A stretch of DNA of 64,000 nucleotides. Source: Minisyncoccota bacterium (GTDB lineage: Bacteria > Patescibacteriota > Microgenomatia > UBA1400 > UBA12028). Under the pieces are notes generated by a model. It saw only the letters and a program-made list of their open reading frames with translations, did no database searches and was not told the DNA's origin. Location: assembly GCA_016211945.1 (NCBI GenBank), contig JACRHV010000004.1, forward strand, positions 66,649-130,648. The letters run 5' to 3'. This document shows positions 1-8,407 of the stretch, one piece after another. Numbering within the stretch: position 1 is the stretch's first letter; each line of letters opens with the position of its first letter. Made by a program: the position numbers and the translations under genes.

Positions 1-1643
1 TCGCTTTTTGAAAACATCTTGGCATATGCCAGCATCATCCCTGTTAAAATCCAATACGTTTGGATAACTTTTGATGAGACAAAGACATCGATGTATATTG
101 CATTAATCATGAGGCCAATCGTGATTGCGGTATGCACAACTGCGAAGAGATACAATAACTCATCTTGTGATACCTTTGTTTTTCTCCACAGGTACCCCAT
201 TGCGATAACCATTGTCCCGTAGAACGTGAGAAATCCAAGTAATCCAGTCTCGCCGAGTGTACGAAGGTAGTCATTATCCGTAGACTCTGCCTCTGTAAAC
301 TGGTCACGTGTATATTTTGTTAAGGTTGAGTATCCTGATCCGAGCAATGGATTTCGCAAAAATCCCCGAATTGCAAATGGCCAGAGCGTATCCAATCGGA
401 TTGCAGCAGACAATCCTAAGCGATGTGCATTCTCTGAGAAAACACGCGGAATGATTACCTCGATTTCCTTGCCCTCAGCAGAAGTTGTTGCAATAACCCT
501 ATCCGGAATATTCTCGTACACATCCGGCGGGAGAACCTGATCCACTGGTGCTACGGGTGTAGGAAGCGTGTCTGTTTTGTCTATGACTTTTTCACGCTTT
601 GCTGCCTCTGCTGCAGCTCTCGCAACGTCGTCGATAGAGATAGCATCTTTGGGTTTTTCCACAAGCGGCGTTTGCGCTTTCTCCTTTGCCTCATTCACTG
701 TATTTTGTAATGCGGTATACGCAGAGTTGTCCTTGAATATCTGCCCAAATCTCAAGAGAAGATCACCAAATATCATGAGGAAAACCGCGGTGACGGCATA
801 ACATACTACCATGCGTGTAACACCCCATATGAGCCCCTTCCGGATAGCAAAAAACACAAGAATCGTCGTGAGTGCGGCAAGATACGCGAGAAACGACGAT
901 CGTGAGGAGGTCATCATCATTCCCCACAAACTTATGAGAAATGTACCCGCTAAACCAAGCTTGAGTTTTTTGTTCTTCACAAAAAACAACAGAGCTAAAA
1001 CAAGTGGTAAGCCTATGACGAGAAACGCCGCGTAGTCATAGTGACCTCCAAACGTCGACTGTACACGCGCGTGTTCGGTGAGATAGAGGCGCAATCCTTT
1101 ACTGAACTCTCTGTTCATTGTTGAGTACACGGGCCAATACAGATACTTCTGTCCCAGTCCATAGATTCCAACTAATGCGGTTGATATCACAAAAATTGCA
1201 AGAAACTTTTTTACTTGGCTTTTAGTTTGAATTGCTGAAAAGGTAATAAAGAACAGTGAAAAATACTCTATTCTTCTCCCGTAGTGCAGAAACATCTTTA
1301 AGATGTGTGGTGCACTCATTGGGACTGTTTTTGTCCAATATATAGCGGAGAGAGATGAGAGAAACCCTACTACTAAATACGCCCCAACCACCCATGTTAA
1401 CGGAGTACTCAGTGATATTTTTTTACGGATAACCTGCACAAACCAAAGCACACTCGCCCCTGCGATAAGAAGATCTTCTATTCGAAGTCTCACGATATAC
1501 CCGGGCAATATGTCTGCCAACGGTAACTTCGGATACAGAGGAATGAATGCAAGTAAAAATCCAGCGATTGCAAGAAGTCCCCACCGATCAAGTAATGAAA
1601 ATACGGCGCTGAGCTTCCATGTATGTGTGTTTTCTTGCTTCAT
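1..1643 (-). CDS. O-antigen ligase/polymerase-like (Wzy_C-type) polytopic membrane protein; C-terminus runs off the window start (partial)
   Basis: Not in the ORF track because there is no stop inside the window. Manual minus-strand translation gives MKQENTHTWKLSAVFSLLDRWGLLAIAGFLLAFIPLYPKL..., several hydrophobic helices, then a charged/Pro-rich loop (KEKAQTPLVEKPKDAISIDDVARAAAEAAKREKV...PTPVAPVDQVLPPDV), a Wzy_C-like motif RLDTLWPFAIRGFLRNPLLGSGYS and more helices. The frame was checked at both ends (ATG at 1643..1641; continuous to position 3). The start overlaps the upstream GT2 by about 56 nt, so a later start (e.g. MSAPHILKMF) is possible. Confidence 0.5.
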   Translation of the reverse strand, partial: MKQENTHTWKLSAVFSLLDRWGLLAIAGFLLAFIPLYPKLPLADILPGYIVRLRIEDLLIAGASVLWFVQVIRKKISLSTPLTWVVGAYLVVGFLSSLSAIYWTKTVPMSAPHILKMFLHYGRRIEYFSLFFITFSAIQTKSQVKKFLAIFVISTALVGIYGLGQKYLYWPVYSTMNREFSKGLRLYLTEHARVQSTFGGHYDYAAFLVIGLPLVLALLFFVKNKKLKLGLAGTFLISLWGMMMTSSRSSFLAYLAALTTILVFFAIRKGLIWGVTRMVVCYAVTAVFLMIFGDLLLRFGQIFKDNSAYTALQNTVNEAKEKAQTPLVEKPKDAISIDDVARAAAEAAKREKVIDKTDTLPTPVAPVDQVLPPDVYENIPDRVIATTSAEGKEIEVIIPRVFSENAHRLGLSAAIRLDTLWPFAIRGFLRNPLLGSGYSTLTKYTRDQFTEAESTDNDYLRTLGETGLLGFLTFYGTMVIAMGYLWRKTKVSQDELLYLFAVVHTAITIGLMINAIYIDVFVSSKVIQTYWILTGMMLAYAKMFSKS

Positions 1644-2532
1644 CACGCATCAGTATACCAAAAAGTATGATACGCAACCACGACCCTAGGAAGAGAATGA
1701 CGCGTACACATGGAATTTCCCAGCCTTGTTTATGTTTTTTCCAGTAATAAATCAGATTCTCTATCTCACCAACCTGTGAGTGCATAGGACCCCCAACGCT
1801 TATGTGTTGGTGATGAAGTATCTTTGCAAGCGGAACATAGGCAACAAACTTTTGTTCTTTGTGGATCCGCGCACATATCTCAACGTCCTCAGCATAAAGA
1901 TGTATGTTTTCATCCCATCCACCGATTGCATCAAAAACTTCACGTGGAATCATGAGCGCAGTACCACCTACCCATCCTCCATGCATATGCACTTGAGTAA
2001 AATATGTGATGTTTCTTTGCTGATAGGGAAGGAGAATCGTGTTCACTCCGGGAATATCGTCCAAGAAAAACATCCATAAACAGATGTTCCATAGGGTAGG
2101 GAGTGCTCCTCCTTGTGGTTGAATTGAATGGTCTGTGTTAACCAACTGACCACTCACCGCGCCTCTCGTTGAATTTTTTTCAAGTGCGTCTACCAAGATA
2201 TCTATCGCCCCATCAAATACTTCTGTGTCAGGATTCAGAAAGAAAAGGTGGCGGCCGCTGGCAGATTGTGCACCGAGATTATTTGCCGCGGAAAATCCCA
2301 GAAGTGATCTTGTTTTTACGACTCTCACATCACGAAAAGATGAAACGATAGCCTCGTATGATCCGTCTGTCGACATATTTTCAACGACAATGACTTCACA
2401 TTGTCTTCTGTGCATTGCGGCGTATACTGCCTGTATTGCTTTGAGCGTATATAATTTTGTGTTATATGAAACGATAATAACCGATACATCAATATTATTT
2501 TTTGATTTTTTCTTTACTGTGACGTTCTTCAT
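1588..2532 (-). CDS. family 2 glycosyltransferase (GT-A fold)
   Basis: 314 aa. N-terminal VSVIIVSYNTKLYTLKAIQAVY...VVENMSTDGS is typical of GT2. A 4-nt gap separates it from the upstream gene. Confidence 0.8.
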   Translation of the reverse strand: MKNVTVKKKSKNNIDVSVIIVSYNTKLYTLKAIQAVYAAMHRRQCEVIVVENMSTDGSYEAIVSSFRDVRVVKTRSLLGFSAANNLGAQSASGRHLFFLNPDTEVFDGAIDILVDALEKNSTRGAVSGQLVNTDHSIQPQGGALPTLWNICLWMFFLDDIPGVNTILLPYQQRNITYFTQVHMHGGWVGGTALMIPREVFDAIGGWDENIHLYAEDVEICARIHKEQKFVAYVPLAKILHHQHISVGGPMHSQVGEIENLIYYWKKHKQGWEIPCVRVILFLGSWLRIILFGILMRDEARKHTYMEAQRRIFIT

Positions 2533-2536
2533 AGTG

Positions 2537-3145
2537 TTATTGAAAAAGGCGATGCCTGCCTAATCTATATGCGAGTTCTCGTGTTTTTCTTTTCATGATT
2601 TCCTTTGCTGGAACACCACCAACGATAGAAAGTGGCGCGATATCCTTTGTTACAACGGCGCCGGCGCCAACAACAGCACCTTTACCAATGTGAACACCTG
2701 GAAGAATGATCGCGTTTGGTCCAATGAACACGTAATCATCAATGACTACTTCCGCCTCAATGGGACCAAAATCATCAGCATGTACGTCGTGCTCGCTATT
2801 AAAGATCATCACGCGTGATGCAATGTCCACGTGATTTCCAATGCGTAGTGCGGACCGACCGTCAAGAACCACTTGATCACCAATGATCGTTCCATTGCCA
2901 ATAGAAATATGCGTGGGATCGTACATGCGGCAAAACATATGGAGTGTTGATCCTTTTCCCAAACGGACGCCCGCGGTTTTATAGAAGAAATTTCGGATAG
3001 TATGTGAAGGCACTGACCCCACAACGTACCACAAAAATCCCGTGACAAACTCGAGCAAATAGCTCCATACGCGCACACGCATTTTTCTGATTGCCAGTGA
3101 CCAACCTAGCGGTTTTCCCATTCTGTCGCGAAATGGAGAACTCAT
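2537..3145 (-). CDS. hexapeptide-repeat (left-handed beta-helix) acetyltransferase, WcaF/CysE-like sugar O-acetyltransferase
   Basis: 202 aa with hexapeptide repeats IGNGTIIGDQVVL, IGNHVDIASRVMIF, IGPNAIILPGVHIGKGAVVGAGAVVTKDI. ATGA overlap with the upstream gene. Confidence 0.8.
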   Translation of the reverse strand: MSSPFRDRMGKPLGWSLAIRKMRVRVWSYLLEFVTGFLWYVVGSVPSHTIRNFFYKTAGVRLGKGSTLHMFCRMYDPTHISIGNGTIIGDQVVLDGRSALRIGNHVDIASRVMIFNSEHDVHADDFGPIEAEVVIDDYVFIGPNAIILPGVHIGKGAVVGAGAVVTKDIAPLSIVGGVPAKEIMKRKTRELAYRLGRHRLFQ

Positions 3146-4260
3146 ACTTTACCTCCAACATCATGCAATACTTCTGCAATAATCTTACCAGTTTCTTCCC
3201 AAGAAAACTTCTCTGTTTGTTTTTTCCCTTTTTCCAACAGAAACTCTCTTTGTTGTTTCGTATAGTGGAGCACTTCATTCATTCCGCGCACTATGTCATC
3301 AACTGAATACGGATCAATCAACACGCCTGCGTCTCCTACCACTTCTGGTAAGCTCGCGGTTTCAGACACGATGGGAATGGTGTGTTCTGCCATAGCCTCG
3401 AGGGGAGGAATTCCAAATCCTTCGTATAAACCTGCTAACACTGCCGCTTTTGCTCCTCTGTACAACGCAGATTTTTCACGATCTGAAATAAAGCCAAGAA
3501 GATGTATACGCTTTTTCACCGGACTCTGCTGTACGGCGCGAACAACATCATCAGCCATCCATCCCACTTTGCCGGCAAGAACAAGCGAAAGATCATGATG
3601 CGATTGTGCCACATGTTCAAATGCTTTCACCACACGAACAAGATTTTTTCTTGGCTGTAGAGTTCCGATATACACAAGATACGGCTGTTGGATGTGATGT
3701 TTGTGTAAAACCTCGGAAACAGAGAGGTGTCGTTCTTCGTGTTCAAATCCTGGATACGCGAGGATAACGTCGTCACCTTTTTTGCGGTACACAGTACAGA
3801 CATCTTTTTTTGTGTGGCGAGAGATGACGATAATTTTCTTTGCGTTCTCTACGCAGTGTGCAGTCCAATGCGTAAGTTTCATCATGTCGTTCTTTTTGAA
3901 AAACTCGGGGAATTGGAGAAATGCAAGATCCATCACCGTTACGACGCTTGAAAATGGGCAGTACCAAGGACCGTAATGCCCAAGTGAGTAGAAAACATGA
4001 AATGTTTTACCGCGCAAAGCATGCGCGTACAACGCCGATGGCAATCTCCAAATAGACCAAAAAAGTGAGGGTCTCAAAACGCGATACGTCCATCCTTTTC
4101 TCTCTTTTGGAAGATCTGGCAATGGATCACTGGGGAGGTATATCACCACATCGTCATGGACAAGCAATTTTTCCAGCTCAACAAGGACACGAAACGCATA
4201 CTGGTTACTTCCCACACGATTGGACACATTAGCCTCATATGCATTAATGCCGATGTTCAT
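3142..4260 (-). CDS. family 4 glycosyltransferase (GT-B fold)
   Basis: C-terminal motif LYEGFGIPPLEAMAEHTIPIVSETASLPEVVGDAGVLIDP. The start is placed at MNIGINAYEANVSNRVG (typical GT4 N-terminus). The ORF-track extension to 4353 is probably an alternative-start artefact. Confidence 0.8.
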   Translation of the reverse strand: MNIGINAYEANVSNRVGSNQYAFRVLVELEKLLVHDDVVIYLPSDPLPDLPKERKGWTYRVLRPSLFWSIWRLPSALYAHALRGKTFHVFYSLGHYGPWYCPFSSVVTVMDLAFLQFPEFFKKNDMMKLTHWTAHCVENAKKIIVISRHTKKDVCTVYRKKGDDVILAYPGFEHEERHLSVSEVLHKHHIQQPYLVYIGTLQPRKNLVRVVKAFEHVAQSHHDLSLVLAGKVGWMADDVVRAVQQSPVKKRIHLLGFISDREKSALYRGAKAAVLAGLYEGFGIPPLEAMAEHTIPIVSETASLPEVVGDAGVLIDPYSVDDIVRGMNEVLHYTKQQREFLLEKGKKQTEKFSWEETGKIIAEVLHDVGGKV

Positions 4261-5353
4261 ACGCAATCGCCTTCTTGTATACCTGAATTGTTTTCTTTGC
4301 CACGTCGTCCCAGGAAGAGAATTTTTTAACTTGTTCTTTTCCCCTATCAACATATTTTTTTCTGTGATGCAGCGCTTCTTCTATACCATGCGTGATACTT
4401 TCCACGTGCAGAGGATCAACAAGAACCGCAGCGTCACCGGAAACTTCCGGCATGCTTGAAACATTTGATGTTAGAACGGGAACACCATGATAGAATCCAT
4501 CCAGAATAGGGAGACCAAATCCCTCGTACAACGAGGGATATGCTAAGGCTTCTGCCCCACCATAGAGTGCCGCAAGTTGCTCGTTATTAACCATCCCAAC
4601 AACATGAAGTCCTTGCTCTTGTTTCATCGCGTCCCAACCTTGTGCGCCAGCGAGCACTAGCTCGACTTCCTTTTTTAACGGCCTCCATGCTTGGATCAGC
4701 CGATGGAGATTCTTTCTTGGCTCAAGCGTCCCGATAAAAAAGATATACGGTTTTGTCAAACGAAGTTCCAGTAAGAGGGTGTCGCGTCGAACGGTGGTTA
4801 CTCGAAGCTTTGCCTCTTTTGGTAAGGCTTCATTCACAACATGTACGCGCTCAGGTTCTATCCCCAGGAGTTCGACAACGTCTTTTTTTGTCGACTCAGA
4901 TACCGCGATTATTGCTTTTCCTTCTTTCTTCAGGTGATCCCATGATGCTTTGTTCATCGAGTATACGTACGAATCCGCAGTTTTGGGGTATCGAATCATT
5001 GCAAGATCATGGATTGTGCTTACAAGTGCCGCAGATTTTAAGGGCGGCTGCATCTCCCAAGAGTGAAACACATCAATGTTTCCTAAAAAGGACTCTGGAG
5101 ATACTCTGTGCAGTCTATTCCATACAATATTCATGATTTTTACAGGGTGTGGTAAAAAAACCGCATGTGCTTGAGGTGTTTCATCTGCAACAAATGTGTG
5201 CAATGCGCCACGTTGTCGAAAAGATGAACCAAAAAGGCGGAGGACAACCTCCTCTGACTGCGCGTAAAGACCTCGAACAAGATTTGATGTATAGCGGGAA
5301 ACGCCACGGTTATACGGGAGCGAGCTTATATCAAACCCAACGTGAAGCGGCAT
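4244..5353 (-). CDS. family 4 glycosyltransferase (GT-B fold)
   Basis: 369 aa with MPLHVGFDISSLPYNRGVSRY at the N-terminus and YEGFGLPILDGFYHGVPVLTSNVSSMPEVSGDAAVLVDP near the C-terminus. Confidence 0.8.
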   Translation of the reverse strand: MPLHVGFDISSLPYNRGVSRYTSNLVRGLYAQSEEVVLRLFGSSFRQRGALHTFVADETPQAHAVFLPHPVKIMNIVWNRLHRVSPESFLGNIDVFHSWEMQPPLKSAALVSTIHDLAMIRYPKTADSYVYSMNKASWDHLKKEGKAIIAVSESTKKDVVELLGIEPERVHVVNEALPKEAKLRVTTVRRDTLLLELRLTKPYIFFIGTLEPRKNLHRLIQAWRPLKKEVELVLAGAQGWDAMKQEQGLHVVGMVNNEQLAALYGGAEALAYPSLYEGFGLPILDGFYHGVPVLTSNVSSMPEVSGDAAVLVDPLHVESITHGIEEALHHRKKYVDRGKEQVKKFSSWDDVAKKTIQVYKKAIAYEHRH

Positions 5354-5367
5354 AGGCGTATTGTATC

Positions 5368-6843
5368 CTAGTTCTTCACCGAGATAAACGTATTTCTCTC
5401 ATAAACTCGAATAAATCCCATGTTTTTCGTCTGGATAATCGTTTTCTGTTCAAATCCATGTGTCTCCACCCATGACTCTATGAGGCGTGACGGATCGGTA
5501 AGATCGCGCAGATAGTCAAAGATAAGAATCGTTTTGTATGATTCAAGTGTTGCAAACGACTGTTCCACCTCTTTTTGCACGAGTGGGAATGATGAAAATG
5601 ATGCCGTAGGAAAACGGAAGTTTTTGTTTCGCTCATAGAATATCCAAGGGGCAAAAGGCTCGGTAAATCCAAACACTGCAACGGAAGTACCTGCGGAGTA
5701 TTGTTGGCGAATAGCTGCAATACTCTCTCTCCACCCTTCTCTCTGCATATACGGAAGCGTCCAGTATGACACTAGCCCCATTCCTTGATAAACCAGACAG
5801 AGTGCTATTCCAGCGTACCACACTGATTTCTGTTTTAGGGATAGTATCGCCTGTGTTATGAGGAGAAAAAACGCCGGTAAGACAAAGAGAACCCGTTTTG
5901 GAGCAAGAACAGGAACAATAAACGATACAAGCCAGGCAAGAAACAGAGAAAGACCCAACCACAGAAGAAGTGCACGCGACAAAGTATGTCTTGATTTCCA
6001 CACTGCATAACTAAGAAACACTATCGGAACCCCAAAGTACACAATATCTTGTAACGACATGTCAATCTTCACCCCCCCGCCAAAAAACTTCAGTAGAACG
6101 AGCGGAAGGGCTTTCCACTGTGGCGTACTCACGACAGTCGACCAGCCTGGTAATGTATGTTGCAATGTTCTCCCCACCTTCAGTTGAAAAAGAAAATACG
6201 GAACCCATGGCAAAAATCCCAAGGTAATCCAACCTGCATCCTGGAGGTGTTTTTTTATCTCCTTTGTGTGAGAGAAAACCAGAAAGGCAAATTGAGAGAT
6301 CAAGAGAAAAGGGTAGACATACATTGTGTAAAGTCCAGCAATACTACAAAAAATAAAACATGTTCTATCGCGCATATTCCACATTTTTTTCTGTTGCGCG
6401 CGTAAAAGGACGTACCAAGATATCGTTGCCCAACACGCAGCCAACGCATACGGCCGTAGTTCCTGTGAAAAGTACACATGAAACGCCGATAGTGAGAGAA
6501 GCATCGAAGAAAGAAATCCAATGATGTGTTGGCGTTTTTCTGTCTTGCCAAACAACATACCAATGCGATACGTAAAAAAAATCGTGACAAGTCCCGGTAT
6601 GAGCGAGGCGAGTCGTAGCCACCACTCCTCAACCCCCCATCGCGTGAGGAGATGAACAAGAACATGAAAAAGAGGGGGTTGAAAATCTGCACCAATATCT
6701 AACTGCTGAGAAAGCGGCCGCATACTTTCCAAAACTTGTGCTGCTTCATCAAGCCAAAATGATCCATCGATGAGTGGAACTCTTACGAGTAAAGCGATGA
6801 ATAAGGGAACACTTACACTCAATATCGATTTCATATTTCGCAT
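5368..6843 (-). CDS. polytopic membrane glycosyltransferase, GT-C fold (PMT_2/ArnT-like)
   Basis: At least 10 hydrophobic helices. The first loop FWLDEAAQVLESMRP carries a DE motif like GT39/GT83 enzymes. Start chosen at MRNMKSILSV; the ORF-track N-terminus up to 7095 overlaps the divergent gene at 6878 and is probably not translated. Confidence 0.6.
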   Translation of the reverse strand: MRNMKSILSVSVPLFIALLVRVPLIDGSFWLDEAAQVLESMRPLSQQLDIGADFQPPLFHVLVHLLTRWGVEEWWLRLASLIPGLVTIFFTYRIGMLFGKTEKRQHIIGFLSSMLLSLSAFHVYFSQELRPYALAACWATISWYVLLRAQQKKMWNMRDRTCFIFCSIAGLYTMYVYPFLLISQFAFLVFSHTKEIKKHLQDAGWITLGFLPWVPYFLFQLKVGRTLQHTLPGWSTVVSTPQWKALPLVLLKFFGGGVKIDMSLQDIVYFGVPIVFLSYAVWKSRHTLSRALLLWLGLSLFLAWLVSFIVPVLAPKRVLFVLPAFFLLITQAILSLKQKSVWYAGIALCLVYQGMGLVSYWTLPYMQREGWRESIAAIRQQYSAGTSVAVFGFTEPFAPWIFYERNKNFRFPTASFSSFPLVQKEVEQSFATLESYKTILIFDYLRDLTDPSRLIESWVETHGFEQKTIIQTKNMGFIRVYERNTFISVKN

Positions 6844-6877
6844 ACCCAAAGTGTAGCATGCTATCATAGTTGGGAGT
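6844..6877. promoter_or_regulatory. short divergent intergenic region presumably holding promoters for the ArnT-like GT-C gene (-) and the UXS-like gene (+)
   Basis: 34 bp between divergent starts; GGGAG lies before the + gene. It is inferred from gene arrangement only. Confidence 0.3.
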
Positions 6878-7846
6878 ATGGAATACACAAATAAAACAGT
6901 ACTTGTTACCGGAGCTGCGGGGTTCCTTGGATCGCATGTGTGTGACCGACTTCTTGAACAGGGGGCACATGTGATAGGTGTCGATTCGCTTATCACCGGA
7001 AGGAAAGAAAATCTCTCTTCCGCTCTTTCTCGCACAACCTTTACATTCATCGAGGCAGATTGCTCCACCTCACCAAGATCGTACCTGCCTGCCACGGTAA
7101 AACCGGATGTGATTTTTCACCTCGCCTCGCCCGCAAGTCCACCAATATACCAACAATTTCCCATAGACACATATCTCGTGAATGCGTTAGGCACACACCA
7201 GCTTCTTCAATATCTTCTTACTGAAAATCGCCAAGGACGATTTATTTTCGCCTCAACATCAGAAGTCTACGGCGATCCTAAGGAACGACCGCAAAAGGAG
7301 TCGTATTGGGGAAATGTGAATCCAAACGGTGTTCGATCGTGTTATGACGAGTCCAAACGATTCGGCGAGATGGTTTGTGGTGTACATAGTCGTGATTTTG
7401 GTCTAGATGTTCGGATTGTACGTATTTTTAATACCTACGGTCCGCGCATGAGTCCGCTTGATGGTCGCGTCATCCCAAACTTCATGATGCAGGCGTTGAA
7501 AAACGAGCCACTAACAATTTATGGCGACGGAACTCAAACGCGATCATTCTGCTATGTTGATGATCTTATCCGGGGAATACTTCTTCTTGGATCCACAGAC
7601 TCGGCAAAAAATGAGACCGTGAATATAGGGAGTCCTACAGAAAAAACCGTCAATGAACTTGCCGAAATGATTCAAGCCGCCACACATGCTACCGGTGAGT
7701 ACGTCTATAAACCACTACCCAGTGATGATCCTACCCAACGTCTTCCTGATATTTCAAAAGCTGTATCGCTTTTGGGATGGAAGCTGGAAATAGACTTCCC
7801 AACTGGACTAGAAAAAACACTTGAGTATTTTAAGACGCAAGTTTAA
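6878..7846 (+). CDS. UDP-glucuronate decarboxylase (UDP-xylose synthase)-like NAD-dependent epimerase/dehydratase
   Basis: 322 aa. Rossmann motif VLVTGAAGFLGSHVCDRL, then ASTSEVYGDP and the YDESKR catalytic region typical of the UXS/ArnA C-terminal decarboxylase family. The preceding GGGAG could serve as an RBS. Confidence 0.7.
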   Translation: MEYTNKTVLVTGAAGFLGSHVCDRLLEQGAHVIGVDSLITGRKENLSSALSRTTFTFIEADCSTSPRSYLPATVKPDVIFHLASPASPPIYQQFPIDTYLVNALGTHQLLQYLLTENRQGRFIFASTSEVYGDPKERPQKESYWGNVNPNGVRSCYDESKRFGEMVCGVHSRDFGLDVRIVRIFNTYGPRMSPLDGRVIPNFMMQALKNEPLTIYGDGTQTRSFCYVDDLIRGILLLGSTDSAKNETVNIGSPTEKTVNELAEMIQAATHATGEYVYKPLPSDDPTQRLPDISKAVSLLGWKLEIDFPTGLEKTLEYFKTQV

Positions 7847-8097
7847 TCACGCATTCTTTCACAGAGAGACATACAAAACTGCTGAAGCTCCTCCAGTCCA
7901 TCCCGAAGCTCTGCTACCTGATGTGCGAGTACAGTATGGTCCTCAAAAAGAGCTTGATGTTTTGCATACATGTCTGATTTAAACTGCATGTAATCGCTCC
8001 AAAGTTGTGTGTATCTTTCATCGACAATTTTTTCTACTTTTTGTACAAGTTCTTTTTCCGTTTGTAAAGGAGATTTTCTCGAGGTATTGTCATTCAT
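7843..8097 (-). CDS. small hypothetical protein, predicted coiled-coil, no recognised domain
   Basis: About 84 aa (MNDNTSRKSPLQTEKELVQKVEKIVDERYTQLW...ELRDGLEELQQF). The ORF-track start at 8118 is a TTG. Its stop shares a TTAA with the convergent gene at 6878..7846. Confidence 0.35.
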   Translation of the reverse strand: MNDNTSRKSPLQTEKELVQKVEKIVDERYTQLWSDYMQFKSDMYAKHQALFEDHTVLAHQVAELRDGLEELQQFCMSLCERMRD

Positions 8098-8132
8098 TCC
8101 ACATACTATATCGCACAAACCTTACAATTAGC

Positions 8133-8345
8133 TTACAATTCAGGAAGTCGTCTATCTTTAAAGTTTGGCTTCGGTCCTCTTCCCTGGAGATATGCGATAA
8201 GTTCCTGGTTCACCTGATGCATTGCATCCAAAAATATACAGGTTCTACGACCCATTTCACACATTGACTCAAGCATCTCCACGGAAAATCTGTCTAGCTT
8301 TTTATTCAGTACCGCTATGAACTCATCTTCCATTCTATATTTCAT
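8133..8345 (-). CDS. small hypothetical protein (70 aa), no recognised domain
   Basis: MKYRMEDEFIAVLNKKLDRFSVEMLESMCEMGRRTCIFLDAMHQVNQELIAYLQGRGPKPNFKDRRLPEL. It lies in an operon-like position downstream of the membrane GT genes. Confidence 0.35.
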   Translation of the reverse strand: MKYRMEDEFIAVLNKKLDRFSVEMLESMCEMGRRTCIFLDAMHQVNQELIAYLQGRGPKPNFKDRRLPEL

Positions 8346-8407
8346 ATAGAGTTATCCTAGTGTGGTAAGAACACACCGTCAAGCGGATCTTTTGTAATCA
8401 AAAAAGA

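Noticed and set aside
2225-2563. Plus-strand ORFs (e.g. 2225..2563, 4753..5136, 12982..13170, 32910..33347, 37863..38321, 28908..29267) lying inside or opposite well-supported genes
   Set aside because: They overlap strongly supported glycosyltransferase genes on the other strand or frame. Their low-complexity translations have no recognisable motifs. They are treated as shadow ORFs.
5368-7095. Long N-terminal extensions in the ORF track (5368..7095, 3142..4353, 11564..13246, 17306..18154, 43120..43893, 40462..42135, 51205..52767)
   Set aside because: The track uses the most upstream start, including TTG/GTG. The extensions overlap neighbouring genes and lack family-typical N-termini. Internal Met starts give canonical N-termini and ATGA-type junctions.
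8101-8130. Short tandem repeat cttacaatt-agc-ttacaatt between the two small ORFs
   Set aside because: It is only two copies of 8-9 bp, likely chance or part of a ribosome-binding region. Too short to call a repeat element.
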